DNA of 64,000 nucleotides, taken from positions 288,001 to 352,000 of the forward strand of contig CAWHDT010000001.1 of NCBI GenBank assembly GCA_963828195.1, given 5' to 3'. Within the stretch, counting starts at the first letter, position 1. The number at the start of each line of letters is the position of its first letter. The DNA is from Candidatus Bathyarchaeota archaeon (GTDB lineage Archaea > Thermoproteota > Bathyarchaeia > Bathyarchaeales > Bathycorpusculaceae). Below are positions 28,573-36,900 of this stretch, one piece after another. The notes under the pieces were generated by a model that was not told the DNA's origin, searched no databases, and worked only from the letters and a program-made list of their open reading frames with translations. The position numbers and the translations under genes were made by a program.

Positions 28573-29658
28573 ATGTCGCTATTTAATTTAAACCCAAAAG
28601 ATTCGCCTAAACAGCTTTTTGGAAGAGAGAACGAACTTGATGATCTAGTTCGGATGCTTAAAGCAAGGCGATGGGTCGCCGTTTTAGGTCCAAGAATGGT
28701 CGGCAAAACAAGCCTGCTCAAAGCTGCTACTCCGATACTGACGAAAGAGAAAATAAAAGTGGTTTATGTTAATTTGTGGGGTGCAAAAGGAACTGATGAC
28801 TTCTTAAAGGCGTTAGCTCGAGCGCTCAATGAAGAGAAAAACACAATTAACAAAATCAAGGACATAAAAATCGAAGGTGCAAGCTTCGGATCAGGTGGCA
28901 TAAGTATAACTCTTTCAAAAAGACCGATGGCGACAATATGGGATTTGCTTGGTGCTTTAGGAAGGCAAAAAGAAGATTACGTTATTGAGCTTGACGAAGT
29001 TCAAGAATTAGTTGCTATTTCTGGTCGTTTGCTTAGGATTTTGGCAAATCTGTTTAATACGTATTCAAACCTGACATTTGTATTTACTGGTTCGATATTT
29101 GGTCTGATGAAGACACTTCTTGAGCCTCAGTCTACATCGCCGCTCTACGGGCGTTCACCTGCAAAGTTGCAGCTATTGCCTTTCAACTCCGAATCTTCTA
29201 AACAATTCTTAAGAAAAGGCTTTGAACAATGCAGTAAACCCGCGTTAGAAGATGAAATTACTAATGCTGTGGAACGATTAGACGGTATCCCCGGCTGGCT
29301 AACTCTTTACGGAAACAAAATGTGTGTGCAACGCCTGTCTCATGAAAAAGCGCTTGAAGAAACTGCAACAGAAGCCTTTAGGATAGTTAATGATGAATTG
29401 GAGCATTTCTTTCAAAATAGAGATCGCCAAGCGTACCTTGCCGCACTCAAAGCATCAGCTACTTTTTCTAGTTGGACAGCAATAAAGGGTTCCGTTTCCT
29501 TGGCTAAGGGGTCAGTTGTAAACGACGCCACGGTCTTCAGGATTATAGAGAATCTTAAGGCTGGCATGTTGATTCAGGAGGAAAAAGGCGGTTACCGAGT
29601 TGGGGATCCAATGCTTAGGTCGCTGCTTCTCTCTTCTGCTGTTGCGGATGGGCTGTAA
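28573..29658 (+). CDS. Archaeal AAA+/STAND-like ATPase (ATPase_2 type) with a C-terminal winged helix
   Basis: LFGRENEL, GPRMVGKTSL (Walker A), IELDEVQ (Walker B), FTGS, PLYGR, DGIPGWL. Confidence 0.88.
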   Translation: MSLFNLNPKDSPKQLFGRENELDDLVRMLKARRWVAVLGPRMVGKTSLLKAATPILTKEKIKVVYVNLWGAKGTDDFLKALARALNEEKNTINKIKDIKIEGASFGSGGISITLSKRPMATIWDLLGALGRQKEDYVIELDEVQELVAISGRLLRILANLFNTYSNLTFVFTGSIFGLMKTLLEPQSTSPLYGRSPAKLQLLPFNSESSKQFLRKGFEQCSKPALEDEITNAVERLDGIPGWLTLYGNKMCVQRLSHEKALEETATEAFRIVNDELEHFFQNRDRQAYLAALKASATFSSWTAIKGSVSLAKGSVVNDATVFRIIENLKAGMLIQEEKGGYRVGDPMLRSLLLSSAVADGL

Positions 29659-29659
29659 G

Positions 29660-29696
29660 TACTTACGTGACGTAAGTAACTTACGGGTCGTAAGTT
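29660..29696. repeat. Two more copies of the same palindrome directly after the ATPase stop
   Basis: tacttacg-tga-cgtaagta (29660-29678) and aacttacg-ggt-cgtaagtt (29678-29696). Confidence 0.85.
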
Positions 29697-29702
29697 CTAA
29701 GT

Positions 29703-29781
29703 AAAGCTCACGTATCGCGGCTGGAAAGTCCAAGTGGGACCACGCGACAGCGGCGAGATACCCCATACCCCATTGAAAAAT
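29703..29781 (+). repeat. Degenerate direct-repeat copy of the cdhE 3' end
   Basis: gcggctggaaagtccaagt.ggaccacgcgacagc.gcga.ataccc...gaaaaat matches 28390-28455. Confidence 0.88.
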
Positions 29782-29886
29782 CATAACTGCGCTGTTTCGT
29801 TCTATGTTGACGATGTTGAATCATGTTTACGTATATTGGGCTCATCTAGCAGACCGGTGTGTAGGTTGTAGCGTCCACACGAACCG

Positions 29887-30038
29887 CCTCCTATAGACCT
29901 ACCTGCTATTTGCGCCAAAATTCAACCACAAAAAGCAGCCTAAGAAGAAGAAGAAAAAAACTTTCACAGAGCTTCTTCTTCTTTTAAAAAATGTTGCCAA
30001 GAAGAACAACATTTGAATTATAGGTGTTGTTGTTCTTT
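29887..30038 (+). promoter_or_regulatory. Conserved two-hairpin element upstream of the purF operon (copy 1)
   Basis: Highly similar to the reverse complement of 40783-40943; stems AAGAAGAAG/CTTCTTCTT and AAGAACAACA/TGTTGTTCTT. Confidence 0.7.
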
Positions 30039-30238
30039 TAAAAATTAAAAATGATAACAAAACCAGCCACGAAAAGCGCTTCCCTCACCTGTTTATTTGG
30101 TATTTTTCCCAGCCTTATTCTTCATTTCATTAAGGCTTAAACATGTTAAAATCTCCATGCTTTTTAGCTAAATATGTACTAAAAGCTGATAAAGCAGTAT
30201 TTCACTTCATCCCCCTTTACTGCGAGGGGAAACCGAAA

Positions 30239-31720
30239 ATGGGGTGCGGTATCTTTGGCGTAATAAATTATGAAAATCAACCTGTTTTTCCGTATGTTTA
30301 CTGGGGTCTCCGAGCCCAAAACCATCGGGGTCACCAATCACACGGTTTTCTTACTTTTAGCGACAAGCAATTTTTTGTTTACAAGAACTTGGATTTGGTT
30401 CCTAAAATAAAAACTGATGCCCTGCATGACTGGTTCAGTCGGCTTCCAGGCTCAATCGGCATCGGCAACGTGCGGTACACCACGTCGGGCAAATGCGATG
30501 ATGCCTCGCTGATCAAGGGCACACAGCCAGTAACCGCCTCAGAAAAAGGAATAAACCTTGCGCTCTCATTTAACGGCAACATAGTCAACACGTCGCCGCT
30601 GAAGAAAGAGATGACTGAAAACTTCCAAAACTTCCAGTACGGTTGCGACTCAGACTTAGTAGCTCATAAACTGCTTCTTGGACTTAAGCAGGGCAAAGAC
30701 TTAGCATCCGCCGTCCGCGCCGTCATGGAAAGCTTAGATGGAGCATTCTCAGTCACAGGCATAACTGGAAACGGCGACTTTTTCGCCTTCAAAGACCCAC
30801 TTGGAATAAAACCGCTTTGTGCAGGACACGACCCTGCTGGGAAAACCTACGCTTTTTCCTCCGAAACCGTAAGCTTGGACATGAACAGCTTCGTAAGAGA
30901 CTTCGAATTGAAACCAGGCGAACTGGTCACGGTTTCAAAAGACGGCTTCAAACGCACCCAAATCATCCCGAACCCCCGCCAAGCCTTCTGCGCCTTCGAA
31001 TACGCTTATTTCGCTAGGCCCGATTCGAGGTTCAACGGTAAATACGTCTACGAAATACGCGAGGACTTCGGAAGAAACATCGTGAAGGAGTACCCTGAAA
31101 TTGTGAAGGGCAGTGACATAATTTTGTCGGTGCCTGAAACGGGCGATGACCCCGCTATGGGCGTGCATGCGGCATCAGGCTTACGTTGGGAACGGGCGTC
31201 AAGGCGGCACCGCTACGTTACCGAGCGAGCCTTTATACTTCTAAATGCAGAGCGTTTTTCAACAATCGATAAGAAAATTAACATTTTAGGGTCCAAAGTT
31301 GCTGGAAAACGCGTCATAATAACCGAAGACAGCATAGTTAGAGGCGACACAACCAAAGTAATCATAGATAAGCTGCGTAAATCAGGCGCCAAAAAAGTTT
31401 ATGTTTTCGTTACTTTTCCACGGATTATCGGTCCATGCTTCTACGGGATTGATATGTCAACTTACGGGCAGCTTATCGGCTCAAGACACAATGAAGAGGA
31501 AATAGCTAAAATCATAGGTGCAGACGGTGTATGCTACCAATCCATTGAGGCGCTGATTCAGGCTACGGGTCAAACGGAAGACCAGCTATGTCTAGCCTGC
31601 ATAACAGGCAAGTACCCTACTCCCTGCGCACAAAAAATGGCGGACGCAATGAAGAAGAAATTCCTTGAAGGCTACGAAGAAAAAACAAGAATCTACGAGT
31701 CAACCGAAATTCAGCCATAA
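30239..31720 (+). CDS. purF: Amidophosphoribosyltransferase
   Basis: MGCGIFG, QNHRG, GNVRYTTSG, NGNIVN, CAFEYAYFARPDS, EDSIVRGDT, CFYGIDM, CLAC. Confidence 0.95.
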   Translation: MGCGIFGVINYENQPVFPYVYWGLRAQNHRGHQSHGFLTFSDKQFFVYKNLDLVPKIKTDALHDWFSRLPGSIGIGNVRYTTSGKCDDASLIKGTQPVTASEKGINLALSFNGNIVNTSPLKKEMTENFQNFQYGCDSDLVAHKLLLGLKQGKDLASAVRAVMESLDGAFSVTGITGNGDFFAFKDPLGIKPLCAGHDPAGKTYAFSSETVSLDMNSFVRDFELKPGELVTVSKDGFKRTQIIPNPRQAFCAFEYAYFARPDSRFNGKYVYEIREDFGRNIVKEYPEIVKGSDIILSVPETGDDPAMGVHAASGLRWERASRRHRYVTERAFILLNAERFSTIDKKINILGSKVAGKRVIITEDSIVRGDTTKVIIDKLRKSGAKKVYVFVTFPRIIGPCFYGIDMSTYGQLIGSRHNEEEIAKIIGADGVCYQSIEALIQATGQTEDQLCLACITGKYPTPCAQKMADAMKKKFLEGYEEKTRIYESTEIQP

Positions 31721-31776
31721 GGATTGAGCAAAGCAAATTAAGGATTCCTGAACTCTCTTAGCGTAACGGTGTATCT

Positions 31777-33195
31777 TTGATGGAGAAAATAGGTGTACTT
31801 GTCGTTTCCTACGGCGCAAGAGAAGTCGCCATGGTTGACGCTCTTCTACAAAGCAAAAAATATCTAGTTGAGCTCTACATCGCCGACAAACAACGCAACC
31901 CTTTCAACGCTGAAAAAGCCACAAAACACGTCGTCATCCCAAATTTGGATGTTGAAGAAATCAGCAAGTTCGCCGAATCCAACAAGGATAAAATCGATTT
32001 TGCCTTGGTCGGATCCGAAAAACCCATAATCGAAGGCATCCGCGACATAGTGGAGAAACGTACAGGCATACCGGTTATTTGCCCGAAGCAACACTGCGCC
32101 ATTGAAGTCAGCAAAATTGAGCAGCGCCTGCTATTCCAAGAGATTGCCCCCGAAGCCAATCCACGTTTCAAAATCTTTGATCCAGCCGACTACAAAGGCG
32201 AAGCGGAGGTTAAAAGCGCCGTGTATCGTTGGCTAGATGAACTTGACAATCAAGCAGTTGTGAAGCCTGATAAGCCTGCTTTGGGAAAGGGCGTGGGCGT
32301 CTGGGGCGACCACTTCGCAACGCGTGAGCAGCTTTTTGAGAATTTCATGTCCAATTTCAAGTATGGCTCTGTTATTATTGAAGAAAAAATTGATGGGGAA
32401 GAATCAAGTTTCATGGCTTTCTGCGACGGCAAACACTTTATTCCTCTGCCAGATACACGCGATTACAAACGCGCTTTCGACGACGATAAAGGTCCAAACA
32501 CCGGCGGCATGGGCTCCTACAAAGACGCAGGTTACACTTTGCCCTTCTTGACAGCCTCCGAGCGTGAGCAGGAGCTTGCGTTAGCTAACAAGATTTTCAA
32601 GGGTTGGTGTTCCAAAATCAACGATGACACCGCCCTCAGAGGTGTGCCTCTGTATCTTGCTTTCATGCACACCGGCAAGGGCATTAAGGTTCTTGAGATC
32701 AACAGTCGCCCAGGAGACCCAGAAATAATAAATTTGTTAGCGCTAATTCAAGATGATTTTGTTGAGTTATGCTTAGAAATGGTTGAGGGCAGCCTAGCGA
32801 ACGTCAAATTAAAGAACGCTGCCTCCGTCTTAATTTACAAAGTTCCCTCGGACTATGGAGGCTACGCAGACAATTTCCCAGATAAGATTGATGAGCAATC
32901 AATTAACGGTCCAGTTGACCTTTCAAAAGCCCAAGCATTAATTACAAAATACGGCAACAACATCCGCGTTTACCCCGGCTCAATGGAAACAAGAGACGGC
33001 AAAAACTACGCTCTTAAATCACGAGCCGTCGGCGTCCTAGGCATCGGGGACAGCATTGAGGAGGCACGCCAAATCAGCCAAGAAGGCGCCAAAGCAATTA
33101 CCGGCGGAGCATTATGGAACCGAACCAACGTTGCCTCAGAGGAGCACATAGCAAAAAGCATCCGCCATATGGAGAGTTTGAGGGGCAACATGTGA
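31777..33195 (+). CDS. purD: Phosphoribosylamine-glycine ligase
   Basis: GARE, GKGV, GEESSF, DYKRAFDDDKGPNTGGMGSY, EINSRPGDPE. Confidence 0.95.
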   Translation: MMEKIGVLVVSYGAREVAMVDALLQSKKYLVELYIADKQRNPFNAEKATKHVVIPNLDVEEISKFAESNKDKIDFALVGSEKPIIEGIRDIVEKRTGIPVICPKQHCAIEVSKIEQRLLFQEIAPEANPRFKIFDPADYKGEAEVKSAVYRWLDELDNQAVVKPDKPALGKGVGVWGDHFATREQLFENFMSNFKYGSVIIEEKIDGEESSFMAFCDGKHFIPLPDTRDYKRAFDDDKGPNTGGMGSYKDAGYTLPFLTASEREQELALANKIFKGWCSKINDDTALRGVPLYLAFMHTGKGIKVLEINSRPGDPEIINLLALIQDDFVELCLEMVEGSLANVKLKNAASVLIYKVPSDYGGYADNFPDKIDEQSINGPVDLSKAQALITKYGNNIRVYPGSMETRDGKNYALKSRAVGVLGIGDSIEEARQISQEGAKAITGGALWNRTNVASEEHIAKSIRHMESLRGNM

Positions 33196-34274
33196 AGCGC
33201 ATCTTCATATCTGACTGCGAGGGACCAATCTCAAAAAATGACAACGCCTTCGAGTTAGCCACCAACTTTATTCCAAACGGCGACAGCCTTTTCGCTAACA
33301 TCAGCAAATACGATGATGTGCTGGCGGATGTGCTCCAAAAACCAGGCTACTCCGCCGGCAGCACGCTAAAATTAATTTTACCCTTCTTCAAAGCCTACGG
33401 CGTAACCGACAAGCAGATGGAAGATTTCTCAGCCAACAACATCGTATTAATCGCCAACAGCCAAACCACCCTGAACCACGTACAAGCCATAGCCCACGCG
33501 TTTATCGTCAGCACCAGCTACCAACACTATATCAAAGCCTTATGCAGAGCACTCAACTTCCCCTACAAAAACACGTACTGCACAAAAGTAACCCTTGACA
33601 AATGCGCCATCACCCCCCAAGAAAAAGACTGCCTGAAAAAAATAGCCCAAGAAATTACCCAAATGCACCTAATCGATATCCCTCAAGACGCAAAAACCCT
33701 TAAAGATTTTTCACATGGTGACCAAGCGGCTATTACGCGTTTAGATGAGATTTTCTGGAGTGAAATCCCAAAGATGTTCATTGGCAAATTCCTCGTGGAT
33801 GTGGTGACGGTCGGCGGGGAACAGAAAGCTGAGGCAATCCACGATGCCGCGAAGCGGTCGGGAGCAGACTTAGCGGATGTCATGTATGTGGGAGACAGTA
33901 TAACGGATGTGGAAGCCTTCAAGCTGGTTCGAGCAAACGGCGGCTTAACCGTATCTTTCAACGGCAACATTTATGCAGTTAAAAATGCTGAAGCAGCGGT
34001 TATGTCGGAAAACAGTCTTGTCACAGCTGTGATTGCTGACTTGTTCTGCAGATTCGGAAAAGAAAAAACAATAAGCGCCGTTGAGTCATGGAGTTACGAT
34101 ATTCTCAAAAAAAGCGGCGTAAACGATGTTTTGTTGAGACAGTTTTCAGGTTTGTATGCTGATGCTCTGCCCAAAGCCCAAATAGTAACTGCCCAAAACA
34201 TGGAATCGCTTATAAAAGAAAGCAGCGAATTCAGAAAAAAAGTTAGAGGCGTAGAAGTTGGGGGGCTCGGATAA
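33192..34274 (+). CDS. HAD-superfamily phosphohydrolase (EhaR-like), GTG start overlapping the purD stop
   Basis: Motif I variant ISDCEGP, motif II VSTS, motif III K (QKAEA), motif IV GDSITD. Confidence 0.8.
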   Translation: MKRIFISDCEGPISKNDNAFELATNFIPNGDSLFANISKYDDVLADVLQKPGYSAGSTLKLILPFFKAYGVTDKQMEDFSANNIVLIANSQTTLNHVQAIAHAFIVSTSYQHYIKALCRALNFPYKNTYCTKVTLDKCAITPQEKDCLKKIAQEITQMHLIDIPQDAKTLKDFSHGDQAAITRLDEIFWSEIPKMFIGKFLVDVVTVGGEQKAEAIHDAAKRSGADLADVMYVGDSITDVEAFKLVRANGGLTVSFNGNIYAVKNAEAAVMSENSLVTAVIADLFCRFGKEKTISAVESWSYDILKKSGVNDVLLRQFSGLYADALPKAQIVTAQNMESLIKESSEFRKKVRGVEVGGLG

Positions 34275-35185
34275 TGCCCGTTGAGGCGGAAATAGAAGAT
34301 ACCTTTGCTGAAGCGTTTAGAGGAATCTTTTGCAGAATCATCGTAACAGCAGACGACGTGGAAACTTTGCGTAAGGCCGCTGAAGACTCAACGGCAACTC
34401 CCTCCGTTGTGATCGGCAGGACGGAAGGAGGCGTCGAGAAATACCTCAGCAAAAAAGAAACCCCTGACCAGCGGATAGGCGCATTACTGCAGCTCTGGGG
34501 ACAAATAAACCCCAAAAAAAGTTTTGAGCAGTCTCTGAAAAAATTTGAAACCGAGCTTTCATACCGTATTCGCCAGGACATTTTGGTAAAGCCATTCACC
34601 GCCGTCTACGACGCTTTGCCTAAGGCTGAAGGCAAAATCGACCTGATGGAGACAGTTGGGCACTGCGGCGACGGGTACGAGTGGGTTGAAAAGCGGCATG
34701 GAAGAGAAGTCATCGTTGTCCCGCTGATGGTTCCAGACTTCATCATTGAACAGTGCATAGGTTACAGCTACGGCGTTATGGGCGGCAACTTTTGGGTAAT
34801 GTGCAAAACAAAACAAGCCTTACAGCAAGCAGCAGAGAAAGCTTTGGCAGCTGTCCACAAAATGCCTGGCATAGTTACGCCTTTTGATGTATGCTCAGCA
34901 GGCTCCAAGCCAGAAACGCATTTTCCAAAGATTGGACCAACCACAAACCATCAGTATTGCCCCTCTCTTAAGGCGCATTTAGGTAAAGAATCCCTTGTCC
35001 CAGAAGGTGTTGGTTATATAGCTGAGGTCGTTTTTGATGGTGTTTCTTTAGATGCTGTTAAAGAGGCGACAAAAGCAGGAGTCAAAGCAGTGTTAAGTAT
35101 TGATGGAGTTGTAAAGGTTTCCGCTGGCAACTACGGCGGCAAATTAGGAGACTACAAAATATTTTTGCGGGAGCTTTTTCCATGA
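34274..35185 (+). CDS. Formylmethanofuran:H4MPT formyltransferase (Ftr)-like protein
   Basis: IEDTFAEAF, ETPDQRIG, GDGYE, VPLMVPDF, GVMGGNF, PTTNHQYCPSL, VSAGNYGGKLG; the divergent segments PSVVIGR and RIRQDIL suggest a paralog rather than canonical Ftr. Confidence 0.88.
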   Translation: MPVEAEIEDTFAEAFRGIFCRIIVTADDVETLRKAAEDSTATPSVVIGRTEGGVEKYLSKKETPDQRIGALLQLWGQINPKKSFEQSLKKFETELSYRIRQDILVKPFTAVYDALPKAEGKIDLMETVGHCGDGYEWVEKRHGREVIVVPLMVPDFIIEQCIGYSYGVMGGNFWVMCKTKQALQQAAEKALAAVHKMPGIVTPFDVCSAGSKPETHFPKIGPTTNHQYCPSLKAHLGKESLVPEGVGYIAEVVFDGVSLDAVKEATKAGVKAVLSIDGVVKVSAGNYGGKLGDYKIFLRELFP

Positions 35186-36096
35186 TTAAATTTGACGTCG
35201 TCGGTTTCGGCGCGCTCAATGTTGACATGCTTTTCAAAGTTGACAAGCTTGCGGGAGCTGAAGAAGAACGCTTCATCGAAGACTACACTGAAGCTTGCGG
35301 CGGCTCAGCAGCGAACACAGTTGTTGGGTTGGCGAGGCTGGGCTGCAAAACAGGTTTCATAGGAAAAGTAGCTAATGATCGAGAAGGCAAAATGCAAATG
35401 GATTGTTTCAGCAACGAAGGCGTCAACACCAGCGGCATCATTGAGGCAAAACAGGGCAAGAGCGGTTCAGTGATGGGTTTCGTGGACAAGAAAGGTGCCC
35501 GGGCGTTGTACATTAACTCAGGCGTCAACGACACAATTGAGCCCCGCGAAATAAACTACAGTTACCTTTCGGAGACAAAATTCCTGCATCAATCCTCTTT
35601 TGTCGGAGAAAAAAGTTTTCGTGCACAAAAAAAGCTTTTGGCAGCTTTGCCCAGCGATGTTAAAATCAGTTTTGACCCTGGCTCAGTTTACGCTCAGAAG
35701 GGTTTTGCAGCCATAGAGCCGCTAATCAGAAGCTCTTATGCCTTGATGCCTAACGCTGTTGAACTTGAACTGTTAACGGGGGAAGCTGACTACCGCGACG
35801 GCGCAGATCTGATGATTGGGCTGGGCGTCAAAATTGTCGCCGTTAAACTTGGAAGCAACGGCTGTTATGTCACCGACGGCGAGCAAAAGCTAAGGATTGA
35901 ACCATTCAAAGTAAAGGTGGTTGACACGACCGGTGCCGGAGACGCTTTCTGCGCTGGTTTCCTCTACGGTTTAATCAACAGCAAAAGCCTCTATGAGTGT
36001 GGTCGACTGGGAAATTTTGTTGCATCCCGAAGCGTCACCGCGATGGGTGCCCGCGTTGGCCTGCCGTACGCGAAGGATTTAGCATTTCTTTATTAA
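35182..36096 (+). CDS. PfkB/ribokinase-family kinase
   Basis: GGSAANT..GLARLG, FDPG, PNAVE, DTTGAGDAFCAG. Confidence 0.92.
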   Translation: MIKFDVVGFGALNVDMLFKVDKLAGAEEERFIEDYTEACGGSAANTVVGLARLGCKTGFIGKVANDREGKMQMDCFSNEGVNTSGIIEAKQGKSGSVMGFVDKKGARALYINSGVNDTIEPREINYSYLSETKFLHQSSFVGEKSFRAQKKLLAALPSDVKISFDPGSVYAQKGFAAIEPLIRSSYALMPNAVELELLTGEADYRDGADLMIGLGVKIVAVKLGSNGCYVTDGEQKLRIEPFKVKVVDTTGAGDAFCAGFLYGLINSKSLYECGRLGNFVASRSVTAMGARVGLPYAKDLAFLY

Positions 36097-36900
36097 ATTG
36101 TCAATTATGCTTTGGAAAATCAGTTTTCCGTCGCCATACTGCAGCATTTGCTGTTGGCGTGTCCAGTCGGGTTGCTGCCACCAGTACATGGCTCTCTCGG
36201 GATGCGGCATTAAACCGAAGATGTTTCCTTCCCTGTTGCATATGCCTGCGATGTCGTGGAAGGCGCCGTTGGGGTTAGCTGGATATTTGCCGTCGGCGAC
36301 GTTGCCGTTTTTGTCGCAGTAGCGGAAAACAACCATGTCCTCATCTATCAGCCTTGCAAGTATTTCTTCTTCCTTATCTTTTGGAAACAGCAATCTGCCT
36401 TCTCCATGGGCAATCGGCATCTTGACCACTTTTCCAGCTGGAATTTTGCTTGAGAACATGCATTTGCCTTTATTTTCGTGTTTGAGGTAAATCCACTGGC
36501 ACTTGAATCCCGCTGGCTCGTTTGTCGTTAATGTCGCTTCTGGATACTTGCTCATTCCCTCAAGTCCTGGAAGCAAGCCGTATTCAACCAGAATCTGGAA
36601 GCCGTTGCATATGCCCAGAATCGGTCTTCCTTCATCAATAAAGGTTTCAATTTCCTTCCCTAACTTGGCGCTGAGCCACCTTGCAAAAATGACTCCTGAA
36701 CGCACATAATCGCCGAACGAGAAGCCGCCTGGAAAAACCATCACCTGATAATCCAGCAGGTTTTTGCGTTTTATCAATTCGTTAACATGCAAGGTTTCTG
36801 CTTGAACGCCCAGCTCCAAAAAAGCCCTGTGAGTTTCAGCGTCGCAGTTGGTTCCGCCGACACGCAAAACGCAGACCTTGATTTCTTCTTGTAACATCAA
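36079..36900 (-). CDS. purQ: FGAM synthase glutaminase subunit
   Basis: GTNCD, PGGFSFGD, LGICNGFQ, AHGEG, MPHPER. Confidence 0.96.
   Translation of the reverse strand: MMLQEEIKVCVLRVGGTNCDAETHRAFLELGVQAETLHVNELIKRKNLLDYQVMVFPGGFSFGDYVRSGVIFARWLSAKLGKEIETFIDEGRPILGICNGFQILVEYGLLPGLEGMSKYPEATLTTNEPAGFKCQWIYLKHENKGKCMFSSKIPAGKVVKMPIAHGEGRLLFPKDKEEEILARLIDEDMVVFRYCDKNGNVADGKYPANPNGAFHDIAGICNREGNIFGLMPHPERAMYWWQQPDWTRQQQMLQYGDGKLIFQSIIDNLIKKC

Noticed and set aside
28536-29696. Palindromic repeats as a CRISPR mini-array
   Set aside because: No spacers, only 19 bp, no cas genes; no CRISPR array seen anywhere in the window
30143-30238. 32-aa N-terminal extension of PurF
   Set aside because: No resemblance to known propeptides; ATG 30239 has a GAGGGG RBS
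33192-34274. Calling this protein a hydrogenase subunit (EhaR)
   Set aside because: No hydrogenase genes nearby and the motifs are HAD-type
34274-35185. Ftr-like gene as evidence of methanogenesis
   Set aside because: No mcr or mtr genes in the window; the context is purine biosynthesis
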